64,000 nucleotides of DNA from Octopus vulgaris (taxonomy: Eukaryota): contig OX597830.1 in NCBI GenBank assembly GCA_951406725.2, forward strand, positions 62,372,001-62,436,000, written 5' to 3'. The translations under genes were made by a program, and so were the position numbers. Shown one piece after another: positions 22,082 to 34,723 of this stretch (position 1 is its first letter; each line of letters opens with the position of its first letter). The notes under the pieces are model-generated. The model did no database searches. It was not told the DNA's origin and was given only the letters and a program-made list of their open reading frames with translations.

Positions 22082-22505
22082 GGATCTTTTCGGTTTGAAC
22101 GGCAGTTTTTTCTAGCGGTGTCATATGAAATTGTCACCCTTAATTATGACCCTAGTATCGATCTATTGCATTTCAATCTGTTTTAGGGTTAGGGTTAGTT
22201 AGGGTTAGAGGGGGAGGAAGGTATCTTTTTTTTCTTCACAAATGTAAATAAACCCAATCTGTTTCTTAAACGAGGGACATATTCATACAGCACAGAATGT
22301 TTTTTACCTCAATGGAGGTCATTGATTGGTTGAAATTGCAGAAACTGAAGAAAAAACAACAAATATCTTACAAACTATAGAATTTTCTCAATAAAGCCAA
22401 GAGAAAAAGATGTTTTATAAACACATTCTACCAGTTTCCGAAGTTAAAAAGTGTTTAGTTACCTAGAAATTATGTTAAAAACTGCCGTTCAAACCGAAAA
22501 GATCC
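22082..22505. mobile_element. MITE family H (Merlin-like) with internal TTAGGG repeats
   Basis: 28-bp TIR GGATCTTTTCGGTTTGAACGGCAGTTTT; 8-bp TSD GGAAATGG/GGAAGTGG; second copy at 30687. Confidence 0.9.
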
Positions 22506-22980
22506 GGAAGTGGGGTTGATGAAAAATATTTTTTTTTAATTTCACAATTGTTTCTAAGTTGTTTCATTTTCTGTTTGAAATTAAAGGAAGTGGTGATGGC
22601 CGATTTCCAATTTTTTTTTTAACCTTCAAGGCTTCTCTCATCGTTGTAAGAGCATAGTACCAAAAAAAGAAAGAAAAAATTACCAATAAGTTGGGGATGG
22701 GGATGTGAAAAACATCCATAAATTTTCAAGACTCCTATTGTGTTTAAGTGTGTATAGTGGTGGGGAGGGAAGAATGGACAAAACCGATCCGGAAAGCGGA
22801 ATGGAGAGATTCGTAAAGTTTGAAAATTTTTAGTTTCATAAAAAGATTTCCCGCCATCATTTGCAACAGTGTGGTAGAAATAGAATTTTTAAATCCACGT
22901 CAAAACGGGGAAAATCCAACTTATGTACGTGTGGTATTCAGAAAGTCCGCTAAAGACGGTGACTCAGCTAATTATGTGTG

Positions 22981-23013
<33 letters not shown>

Positions 23014-23276
23014 GACCCGTCATTGTTTTTTGTATCGTCTATCTAGACGTTTTGTTGTCTCTTTTTGTATCATTTAGTTGTCCGGATGTTTTGCGTTCTT
23101 GTCCCATTTTGTATTTTATATATATATAGAGAGAGAAGGGGGAAGGGGGAGGTAATGGTGTCAGTGAGACCCAAAGGTGTCTGGTAATGCTGAGTAAGTG
23201 CTATGGAAAGACCATAGGTAAGCTCCAGGTTCGGTGGTTATGCGAATGAGGGGTCCAACTTAGGTCATTTATCAGC

Positions 23277-23426
23277 GTGTGTATAAACAACAAACAGGTG
23301 TATTAGTTTAACGCTTGGGAAAGTGAGAAAGTCCTTTACATTTCGAGCCTACGCTCTTCAACAGAAAGGAACACGAGAAAATAAACAGACAGAATATAAA
23401 AGGTTTAGTCGCTAGCGATCGATCAT
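23277..23426 (-). mobile_element. Family E variant with hammerhead-like motif
   Basis: Minus strand CCTTT-CTGTTGA-A-GAGC-GTAG-GCTC-GAAA-TGT-A-AAGG. Confidence 0.6.
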
Positions 23427-23455
23427 ATATATATATATATATATATATATCATAT

Positions 23456-23504
<49 letters not shown>

Positions 23505-23559
23505 TATATTATATTATATTATATATATATATTATGTATATATATTATTTTATTATTTT

Positions 23560-24205
23560 ATTCCTTTGTTTGTTTCAGTCATTTGAGTGCAGCCATGCTG
23601 GAGCACCGCTTTTTAGTCGAAGAAATCGATCCCAGGACTTATTCTTTGTAAGCCTGGTGCTTATTCTATCGGCCTCTTTGCCGAATCGCTAAGTTACAGG
23701 AACGTAAACTCACCAGCATCGGTTGTCAAGCGATGTTGGGAGGACACACACACACACACATATATATATACACGATGGGCTTCTTCCAGTTTCCGTCTAC
23801 TAAACCTATTCACAAGGCTTTGGTCGGGCCGAGGCTATAGTAGAAGACACTTTGGAAAGACTTCCGCCCCCCCCCCCCATTTTTTTAAGGGTGGCGGCCA
23901 AAAGGAAGTCTTGCCGACACTTGTCCAAAGTGCCACGCAGTGGGACTGAACCCAGAGCCATGTGGCTGGAAAGCAAGCTTCTTACCATACAGCCACGCCT
24001 GTGTGTGTCTTTGTGTCTGTCCCCCACCAGCGCTTGACAACCGGTGTTGGTATGTTTACGTTCCTGTAACTTAGCGGTTCGGTAACAGAATCTGATAGAA
24101 AAAGGACCAGGCTTAAAAAGAAATAAGTGCTGGGGTCGATTCGTTCGACTAAGTTTCGTTCGGGGCTGTGCTCCAGCATGGCCACTGACCGAAACAAATA
24201 AAAGA
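23560..24205. mobile_element. SINE A (minus, 23560-24000, with internal insertion) abutted by an inverted 3' half of SINE A (plus, 24001-24205)
   Basis: GAAGACACTT...insert...GACACTTGTCC; after CAGCCACGCCT the sequence continues GTGTCTGTCCCCCACCAGCGCTTGACAACCGG. Confidence 0.8.
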
Positions 24206-24233
24206 TAAACAGTAAAAGATATATCGTAGTATA

Positions 24234-24272
<39 letters not shown>

Positions 24273-24347
24273 GAAGAAAGGAAGAAAGGAAGGAAGGAAG
24301 ACAGAAAGGAAGGAAGAAAGGAAGAAAGGAAGGAAGAAAGGAAGAAA

Positions 24348-24385
<38 letters not shown>

Positions 24386-24474
24386 AGGAAGAAAGAAAGG
24401 AAAGAAGACAGAAAGGAAGGAAGAAAGGAAAGAAGAAACAAAGGAAAGAAGAAAAGAGGAAGGGAATAAAGAAA

Positions 24475-24524
<50 letters not shown>

Positions 24525-24628
24525 AAAGAAAGAAGAAAGAAAGGAGGAAAGAAGAAAGAAGAAAGAAAGAAGCGAAGGAAAGAAGAAAGAAAGGAGGAGG
24601 GGAAGAAAGGAAGAAAGAAAGACAGAAC

Positions 24629-24689
<61 letters not shown>

Positions 24690-24690
24690 G
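24234..24690. repeat. (GAAA/GAAG)n followed by (GATA)n polypurine tract
   Basis: Direct reading. Confidence 0.95.
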
Positions 24691-26188
24691 AAGAAAGATG
24701 TGATGCACACAAAAACAATATAAAAATCAAATAAAATAAAAAGAGAAGAAAAGATTCTAAAAGAAAGAAAGAAGGGAAGAAAGAGAGAAAAAAAGAAAGA
24801 AAGAATGAAAGTAAGTAAGAAGGGTACAAAGTATGTGTGTGTGTGTGTGTGTGAGTGACAGAAAGCATAGTATGTGTCCCTAGAGTGACCACTTGTATTT
24901 ATCACATTAATCACTGCCTGTACAACTGTCACCCCACCACCACTTAACGATACAGCTATCACCGCCACAACCACCACCACCATCTAGCGTTACAAATATC
25001 ACTGCCATAACGACCACCACTACCGTCGCTGCCGCCACCACCACTTAACACGTCCACCGTCGCCACCACCACTAAATACGTCCACCGTCGCCACCATCAG
25101 CAGCACTTAACATTACAACTATCACCGCTACCACTACCACCACCACCACCACCACATTACAGCTATCGCCGCCGCCGCCGCTACCACCATTGCAGTCACC
25201 GCCAACCCCCCAACATCACTACCACTGCTACCACCGCCACTTAGCTTTACAAATATCACTGCCACAACCACCACCACCACCACCACCACTTAGCGTATCA
25301 ACTAACACTTCCCTCTTCGCTTCCACCACCACCACCATAAGCAGCACCTAACCTTACAACTATCACCGCCACAACCACCACCACTTAGCTTATCAACTAA
25401 CACTTTCCTCTTCGCCACCATCACCACCATCAGCAGCACCTAACCATACAACTATCACCGCCACGACCACCACCCCCACTAAGCATTATTACTACAACAG
25501 GCAATAGTAGCTGCAGCAGCAGCCACTACCGAATGCGATTACGATTCTGCCCTCCTCCCTCTTTAACAAAGTCCCCAGTCTCTCTCTCTCTCTCTCGGTT
25601 CAGTTTGAAATTCTCCGGTGTTACGAAGAAGATGGTGGCTGTGTCACTAACTACTACAATTATCTCTACTACACAACAAACTGACTGATTGTTGGACGTG
25701 TGTATATATATATACATACAGTTAATAGTGACAGTTGACGAAGTCGAAAGCATTTGTGTTCTTTCTCTCTCTTGATTTGCAGAGAGAAGCTTCAGGTTGT
25801 CCTTCTGACACCTTCCTCTCTTACAACAATTACAGGCACACACAACATACATACATATTTATATATAGATATATATATTTACAAACGTGTTTACATACAT
25901 GCGTGTATGTACGCGTATATTACAGACATAGGGCATTGAAATTGAAACACAAGCTGGGATTTTATTTAAACTACGTTGAGAACGAGCAGGATTCGAACCA
26001 CGGGATCTTATTTTTACATTTTATTAAACAACGGCAAGGGAAGAAGACGAGCGCCAACAATGAAACAAATTGACCATAGCCAGATTTTTTCAAGTCACAA
26101 GGTAAAATGTTACTATTTATATACGCATGAATATATATATATATATATATAGCAAATCGTTGCTAAACCCTTAATTACTTAATATTAC

Positions 26189-26220
<32 letters not shown>

Positions 26221-26370
26221 TGTATGAATAGACTCAACAGCATGTATACAAAGGCATGTGTTTTACATGTGTGTGTATATATATATTTATTTACATACAT
26301 ACATGTCTATAAAAACGTGGGGGAGTGTAAACATTACAAATGTGTATAATAGTACGCATACATACATACA

Positions 26371-26403
<33 letters not shown>

Positions 26404-26477
26404 GCAAACTCATATTTATATTGGTATATATGTGAGAGGGGGTATGCGTGATTCGATATATATGTATATGTGTGTAT

Positions 26478-26514
<37 letters not shown>

Positions 26515-26939
26515 CTTATACAAAATCATTTATGTATACACACATATAACGTCTATTTGCCTTTATGTATGTGTGTATGTAATATATATATATATGTATG
26601 TATATACATGCATACATACGAGAGCTTACACTTTCTGTATATATGTGTGTGTATCTATTTACTGCAATTATTGTAGCATACAAAAAAAATTGTTTCTGAA
26701 TTCGAAGTTTCGCCGGCAACAGCTCATCAGATTTGAAGAGATGTTGCCAGCGAAACACACACATATATATATATAAGCATATAAGATACATACGAATGTA
26801 TCTGCATGTGTGTATAAGTATATGTGTTTATATGTACATGACATGACTGTGTATTTATGTTTGTATACGTATTTATATATGTGTGTGTGTGTATGTAAAT
26901 AGAGAGAAGCATGTATTATGTATACATGTTTAGATATAG

Positions 26940-26960
26940 ACAGATGTATACATATGTATG

Positions 26961-26996
<36 letters not shown>

Positions 26997-27076
26997 TATA
27001 TTTGTGTATGTGTATATATATATATATAAATAAATATATATTTGTGTGTGTGTATATATATAAATAAATATATATT

Positions 27077-27137
<61 letters not shown>

Positions 27138-28011
27138 ATATATATATATATAAATATATATTTGTGTGTGTATATATATATATATATAAATATATATTTG
27201 TGTGTGTATATATATATATAAATATATTTGTGTGTGTATATATATATATATATATATAAATATATTTGTGTGTGTATATATATATATATAAATATATTTG
27301 TGTGTGTGTATATATATATATATATATTTGTGTATAAATGTATATATATATATATATTTGTGTATAAATGTATATATATATATATATTTGTGTATAAATG
27401 TATATATATATATATATTTGTGTATAAATGTATATATATATATATATTTGTGTATAAATGTGTATATATATATATATTTGTGTATAAATGTGTATATATA
27501 TATTGTGTATAAATGTATATATATATATATATTTGTGTATAAATGTATATATATATATATTTGTGTATAAATGTATATATATATATATTTGTGTATAAAT
27601 GTATATATATATATATATTTGTGTATAAATGTATATATATATATATATTTGTGTATATGTGTATATATATATTTGTGTATATGTGTATATATATATTTGT
27701 GTATAAATGTATATGTATATATATATTTGTGTATATGTGTATATATATATTTGTGTATATGTGTATATATATATTTGTGTATAAATGTATATATATATTT
27801 GTGTATGAATGTATATATATATATATTTGTGTATAAATGTATATATATATATTTGTGTATGAATGTATATATATATATATATATTTGTGTATAAATGTAT
27901 ATATATATTTGTGTATAAATGTATATATATATTTGTGTATAAATGTATATATATATTTGTGTATAAATGTATATATATGTTTGTACATAAATTTATAAAT
28001 ATATATTTGTG

Positions 28012-28042
<31 letters not shown>
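26940..28042. repeat. AT-rich minisatellite, unit (TA)n-TTTGTGTATAAATG (~22-30 bp)
   Basis: Dozens of units with a variable (TA)n spacer and sub-variants (TATATG, TATGAATG). Confidence 0.92.
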
Positions 28043-28043
<1 letters not shown>

Positions 28044-28093
28044 GTCCAGTATATGTGTACTCTACATAAATGAAGTAAACAAATAGCCATCAG

Positions 28094-28150
28094 CCCCGCC
28101 TCACCACCGCCCGGCTATAAATGTCAGTTGGTAAAGTTGGGATTTGAAGC
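28094..28150 (+). promoter_or_regulatory. Candidate core promoter (two GC boxes plus TATA box)
   Basis: CCCCGCC 28094-28100, CCGCCC 28107-28112, TATAAA 28116-28121 in unique sequence. Motif evidence only. Confidence 0.3.
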
Positions 28151-28465
28151 TGTCACAAGTTTTTCTTCCTCTTCACACAAACATAAATACACATACATAC
28201 ATGTGTGTGTACGGTGGCATATACGCTACTGCTTCGTATCTATGCTACTAGGACGGATATTTTCCCATGCATTATTATGTTCCATACAATGTGTATGTTC
28301 ATATGTGAAAAAGAAAGATCGTTGACACATTTAAGGCATCGTATCTATCCGTCTATCTATCTATCTATCTACCTCCCTCTCTTTCTCTCTTTCTCGGCAT
28401 CTATCTCTCAATCTGCCTGTCACTCTATCGACCTATCTTTTTCGTGATATCTATCTATCTATTTA

Positions 28466-28524
<59 letters not shown>

Positions 28525-28954
28525 AATTCGTTTTGTGCCAAGCACAAAACTAACGGCCCCTCATTTAATTTGTAGCTTTTCTGCAGATTATATTATACAC
28601 ACACATACACAAACACACAGAAGGGCAGAGATAAATAGAGCAAAAGAAATACGCACGTACACAGTCAGGCTTTCAACCTGTTGGGTGGTGGGAGAGCAGC
28701 AATTCCCAATTATTAAATGAACCCAGCATTATCTGTCTCATTTGCGCAACACGCCAAATTGAGATAAATGTTAAATAATTATATTTGCACATGAGACTTG
28801 TTTAGACAAACGGGAGGAGTAGAACTGAAGTGAGAAGCGACAACAGTTACTCTTGGGTCTAGAGTTTGGTGCCGCAGACATTTTTTTTTTCATCTGGATC
28901 AGCTTGCAAAGTTATCTAAAATTTTCTTTAATTTCTTCTATTCACACGCACACA

Positions 28955-29155
28955 TTAGATAGATAGATGATAGATAGACAGACATAAAAAGATAGAGAGA
29001 GACATAAAAAGATAGATAGATAAGCAAATAGATAGACATTAAGAGATGGATGATAGATAGATAGATAGATAGACAGATATAAAGATAGATAGACATTAAG
29101 AGATGGATAGATAGATAGATAGACAGATATAAAGATAGATAGACATTAAGAGATG

Positions 29156-29205
<50 letters not shown>

Positions 29206-29282
29206 CAGATATAAAGATAGATAGACATTAAGAGATGGATAGATAAATAAATAGATAGATAGATAGATAGACTGACATAAAG

Positions 29283-29339
<57 letters not shown>

Positions 29340-29423
29340 TAAAGATAGATAGATAAGCAAATAGATAGACATTAAGAGATGGATAGATAAATAGATAGAT
29401 AGACTAGACATAAAGAGATAAAG

Positions 29424-29486
<63 letters not shown>

Positions 29487-29512
29487 CAAACTGACATAAA
29501 GATAGATAGATA
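28955..29512. repeat. (GATA)n-derived higher-order repeat
   Basis: Recurrent AGACATTAAGAGATGG and ATATAAAG punctuation within GATA runs. Confidence 0.9.
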
Positions 29513-29993
29513 TATGTCATATTCAACTATCCACTCATATTATCAGCAGTGGTGTCTTTGGTGTTCGTCTCAATTCGTTTTTCTGCTTGATACGTTCCAC
29601 GAAATTTAGATATTTTCACTCCATCTGAATTTCGTTGAACTACCGACAGGTTGTTCAGTTTAGCTGAACACTGAGGCAGCGATGTACGTGCGTTAAACCG
29701 TCCGTGTATCAAGTATATTATTTATTAGAGCCATATCGATTTGAGTCACTTAAACCCTTCACCATACAGTTTGTTGTAAGTAATTAACCATGAAACTTGT
29801 TTCTCACCTATAGTTTTTCTAAGCCTATGTGTGTATGTATGTATGTATATATATATGTATGTATGTATGTATGTGTGTATGATTGTGTAGATATGCGTGT
29901 ATATTCATAGATATGTGTAATGTGCGCGTGTGTGTATCTCTTTCTCGCCATAATAATAATAATCACAATATATATATATATATATATATATTC

Positions 29994-30173
29994 TTTTATT
30001 TGATGGCGGCCATGCTGGAAACCGTCTTGAAGGGTTTCAGTCGAACAAATCGACCCCACCCCAGGACATTTTTTTAAAAGCTTAGTACTTATTGCATCGG
30101 TGCCTTTTACCGAACCGCTAAGTTACGGGGACGTAAACACACCAACACTTGGGGACGAACACAGACACAAAGG

Positions 30174-30217
<44 letters not shown>

Positions 30218-30324
30218 TCTTTGAGTTTCCGTCTACCAAATCCACTCACAAGGCTTTGGTCGGCCCGAGGCTAAAATAGAAGACACTTGCTCAAGGTGCT
30301 ACGCAGTGGGACTGAACCTGGAAC

Positions 30325-30328
<4 letters not shown>
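29994..30328 (-). mobile_element. SINE family A, 5'-truncated
   Basis: Family motifs. Confidence 0.82.
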
Positions 30329-30379
<51 letters not shown>

Positions 30380-30686
30380 GTGCGTGCGTGCGTGTTTAGT
30401 GGAAAATCAATACAATGATCGGATAATTAGTTTAACGCAGTAAAGAACGGACTGTCACTGACGCTTAGGGCGTTAGTCCGTCTTCGGTAGTAAAACGATT
30501 TTATGAGAAAACGTAACATAAAAGAAGAGAATGTGTGTGCGAATATAATTAAAATAAAAATGCTTTATCGGGAATGAGACGTCGGGAAGGTTAAGCCCTG
30601 TGAGACGTTATGAGAAAGACACACATATGTACACACAAGTGGCTTCACACAGTTTCCGTTTACCAAATTCACTCGTTAGACATTGG

Positions 30687-31100
30687 GGATCTTTTCGGTT
30701 TGAACGGCAGTTTTTCTAGCGGTGTCATATGAAATTGTCACCCATAATTATGACCCTAGTATCGATCTATTGCATTTCAATCTGTTTTAGGGTTAGGGTT
30801 AAGGGTGGGGGAAGGGTATCTTTTTTTCTTCAGAAATGTAAATAAACCCAATCTGTTTCTTAAACGAGGGACATATTCATACGGCAAAGAATGTTTTCAG
30901 CACAATAGACGTCATTGATTGGTTGAAATTGCAGAAATTGAAGAAAAAAACAACAAATATCTTACAAACTCTAGAATTTTCTCAATAAAGCCAAGAGAAA
31001 AAGATGTTTTATAAACACATTCTACCAATATACGAAATTAAAAAATGTTTAGTTACGTGGAAATTATTTTAAAAAACTGCTGTTCAAACCGAAAAGATCC
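30687..31100. mobile_element. MITE family H (Merlin-like), nested in a SINE A fragment
   Basis: TIRs as at 22082; perfect 8-bp TSD GACATTGG at 30679-30686 and 31101-31108; flanks rejoin as SINE A sequence. Confidence 0.92.
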
Positions 31101-31855
31101 GACATTGGTTATAGTAAAAGACACTTACTCAACGTGGTGTGCAGTGGAACTAAACCTAAAACCACGCAGTTGCAAAACAAGCGGCAATCTTTCGGTATCA
31201 GTCTCCAGAGTGTTGGTATGAGGAGACGACGTCATTCACCTTCTTTTTTCATTTATGTCATGAGGGAAGGTTGCGTGGGTGAATGATGTCGTCTACCAAT
31301 ACCGAGGGGTTGTTGGAAAATCTATTTTCGATAATGCCATAATATATTTTTTTACCTTCTCCTTAATTCCCACCCAAAACACTTCTTCCGTTTAAGGCAG
31401 AACAGGATTCGTCTTTTCCCCCCATGAAAATGACGGTTAGAGGCGGACACGGAATTGAAACAACAACTAACACGAAACAAAAGCAACTTTGACTCGGTGC
31501 AAGAGACGGATGCCGTGAAAGCTTACCCAAGATGACTCAAGTTTGTTGTTAAAATACAAAATTGTCGTCGACCACTTTTTCTTACTCTATTACATCGTCT
31601 GTCTGTCGGTATATAGTGAAAATGAAATGAAATAAAGAGGAAACGGCCATTTTCATTTGAGAACATTTCAATAAGAATTCACAAAGACAACAATTCACTC
31701 TTAATGCAAAAGGACATACTAAACACAAATAAACAATTAAAGCGATTATTCGATTGTTCACACACACACACACACACACACACACATCAGTGTAGTATAG
31801 TTTTCACGAAGCATTCTCCGAAAAAAAAATTTTTTTAATGTTTTATTTTTCTTCT

Positions 31856-31984
31856 AAGCCAAAACAATGCGGGTTATAAAAAATGTATAATACAGGTCGA
31901 TGTTAGTATTATTACCTGGAATTTCAATAGTACTAACTATCGACCTGCATTGTGAATTTTTTATAACCTGCATTGCTTTGGCTT
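31856..31984. repeat. Fold-back palindrome (~58-bp arms, 12-nt loop), MITE-like
   Basis: AAGCCAAAACAATGCGGGTTATAAAAAAT...GTTAGTATTATT is the reverse complement of AATAGTACTAAC...TTATAACCTGCATTGCTTTGGCTT. Confidence 0.8.
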
Positions 31985-32028
31985 TAAAATAATACGATAT
32001 ATATCAGACGTTATCTTTGCCTCGAGAG

Positions 32029-32096
<68 letters not shown>

Positions 32097-32364
32097 CTCT
32101 GGCTTCATTACAGATTAGTGAAGCATTCCGCCGTCCCGGATACCATGGCTTATATAAGTAAATATCGTAAGATAACGAGGTTGTAACCGTGGACTTGTCG
32201 GTGAGCTAAGGCACGTAGGGACATAACCACTTCACTGCAAGAGATTTACAGCTCACAAATCAACACTTTATACCCAGCCATTTCGTCTCTATGAGTATAT
32301 ACGGGAGAAGACACACAATCTATTGGTATTCTAAACTGCGGAAGGCCAAAGTCTATGATTCGAT

Positions 32365-32590
32365 ACTCGCCTTCATTGCTGGCCGAATCGTTGTCTTGTC
32401 GGGCAAAAATGCTTTGAAGCATTTCTTCCGCTTTACGTTCTGAGTCCAAATTCCGTCGAGGTAGACTTTGCCATTTAGTCATCCTTTCAGTTTTGGTGAA
32501 ATGAGTACCAGTCACGCACTGGGGAGTCGATGTAATCGACTAGCTCCCACCCCTAACATTTCAGGCCCTTTGCCTCGTAGTAAAAAGGAC
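32365..32590 (+). mobile_element. SINE family B (B1), diverged
   Basis: GCTGGCCGAATCGTT...TTCTGAGTCCAAATTCC...ATTTCAGGCCC. Confidence 0.78.
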
Positions 32591-32738
32591 TTTTATTACA
32601 ATTACGTCTTTCCATAAAATTTTGTCGTTTTGCTATTTCTACAAGTCGTTAATTCTGTTCTAATTTTGTTTCGTGTCACTTTGCCTTGAACTCTGCCCCT
32701 ACCTACTTCATCTCTCTATCTATCTATCTATCTATCTA

Positions 32739-32793
<55 letters not shown>

Positions 32794-32966
32794 TACGTCC
32801 TATTAAACGGTTTCACGCCCTTCATCTTGGTGTTGTTTTTGGAGTTGCTGGGTTTATTATTTTTGGGTTAATTACCTTAACGAAAAAAGACAAACCAAAA
32901 ACGGAACGACGGAGAATAAAAAGAGAAAGACAGAAGTGTGCGTGTGTGTGTGTGTTTTAATTTACG

Positions 32967-33039
32967 ATAACTATAGATCAATGGTTAGAGCGCTTGTCTT
33001 GTAAACCAGGGTTCAGGAGTTCCATCCTCCCCGGGTGCT
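32967..33039 (+). pseudogene. tRNA-Thr(TGT)-derived pseudogene
   Basis: TAGATCAATGGTTAGAGC D-arm, GTCTTGTAAACCAG anticodon arm, GGAGTTCCATCCTCC T-arm; acceptor stem does not pair. Confidence 0.65.
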
Positions 33040-33814
33040 GGTACAGAGTATATTGCGATTTTATTCGAAAGATCGCCATGTGTGTGTGTGTGTGTGTGTG
33101 CGTCTTCTTGTTTATACCCTGCCACCACTTGACAACCGGTGTTGGTTTGTTTACATCCCTGTAACTTATCAGTTCGACAAAAAAGAGGAACCGATAGGAT
33201 AATTTACTAGGCTGTAAGAAACAATTAGATTTGTTCGACTAAACCCATAAAAGCGGTGCCCCAGCATGGCCGTAGTCCAATGAAGCACGTAAAAGACAAA
33301 AGATATCGTAAATGTTGTTCTTGTTGTTGTTGTTTAAACCTACCCATCACCGCCACCACCACCACCACCACCATTTGTTCCTCTGAGGGCGAACTGTTGT
33401 AGGAACTCTAGGCTCAAAAGCATCTGTCAGAATTTTGGAATAACTCCTTCGAAGTCCCATACCTCGTGAGAAAGTGGTGGGAGGGGGAAGAGAGGCTACG
33501 GAAGTTGCAAGGACAGTGGTGGGGGTGCAAAAACATTTTTGTTTCACTTCTTTTTAGAATATCATTATTTCTGTTGTCATGAAACAGGAATACAAGAAAA
33601 AAATATATATAACAAAATAAAATTATCAAATAATAATAATAAAATGAAGGGAAAAACTACCTTTTTCCTTTCTCATGAGGTTTGGGACTTCGCAGTAAAA
33701 CTATTCAGCAAATCCACCATTCTACCATGCCTTTCCAACCATGACCACTCTGTTTTCATATTCAGATTTATCAAATAAGAAGTTTACAATCAAGTTTTTA
33801 CTAAGATCTTAAAA

Positions 33815-34070
33815 CAATGTGTCTCTCAACCCTTTTTGATCTAGGGACCATTTTGATTTCTGTTTTACTCAGATTGACCCCATCAGTGCCATTCGATATT
33901 TTCAAAAAACCCCATCAATATTTTTATAATCTGATATTATTAGGAAATGTATATAAAAAAAAATTGTTAAAATATTTTGATGTATTATGAAAGTATATGG
34001 CCTCAACAATTTATTGCACAAATTTTTAACAACAAAAAAATCTTATGTGGACCTTGGTTGCGAACCACTG
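33815..34070. mobile_element. hAT (Charlie-like) MITE, decayed
   Basis: Right end GGTTGCGAACCACTG, left end CAATGTGTCTCTCAACC; imperfect 8-bp flanks TCTTAAAA/AGTTAAAA. Confidence 0.55.
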
Positions 34071-34400
34071 AGTTAAAAATTGATTTGAGGTAGATTTGTC
34101 TGCTCTTTCTCACAAATCTACCGACTGGCGTAGAGGCTCTCCTTGTTCTTCAATAGAGCTGATGATAACATCCTAAAACTGTCTCCCACGCTACAACAAC
34201 GCCCCCTCCCCGCCCCCTCTCTCTTTCTACTTTTCCTGTTCACCTTCTTACCTACACGTCCATCCATCACCCTAGTCACATCAATTTTCGTTTTGCTTAG
34301 GGGGTTGGTTTACAGGGGCTATTTCAGGCTACTGGGAGCCCCCCTTTTTTCTATATCCGCCCACTAAATAATAGGAGGAAATGTCATTTATGTAGAATGA

Positions 34401-34431
<31 letters not shown>

Positions 34432-34513
34432 TGATAGATAGATAAGTACACACACACACACACACACATATATATACACACATGGCTGGATATATATATA
34501 CATGGCTGGATAA

Positions 34514-34568
<55 letters not shown>

Positions 34569-34682
34569 CATGCGTGTATGTGTTTATATATGGTATGTAT
34601 GTGTGTGTTTATGTACACTTAGTTTTGTGTGTATCACACAAAACTCTTGGTCTCTGAGTTATTGTCACTTGACACCTGCATA

Positions 34683-34723
<41 letters not shown>

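Noticed and set aside
22183-22210. TTAGGG repeats as a telomere or fusion scar
   Set aside because: Only a few units, located inside a MITE that is present twice.
23806-24983. 247-333-aa Phe/Leu/Ser-rich membrane-like ORFs
   Set aside because: Translation of (TTTC)n/(TATC)n plus SINE sequence.
26668-28090. 452-aa and 386-aa ORFs (YIYI/HTQ repeats)
   Set aside because: Stop-free frames of an AT-rich minisatellite; no protein-like complexity.
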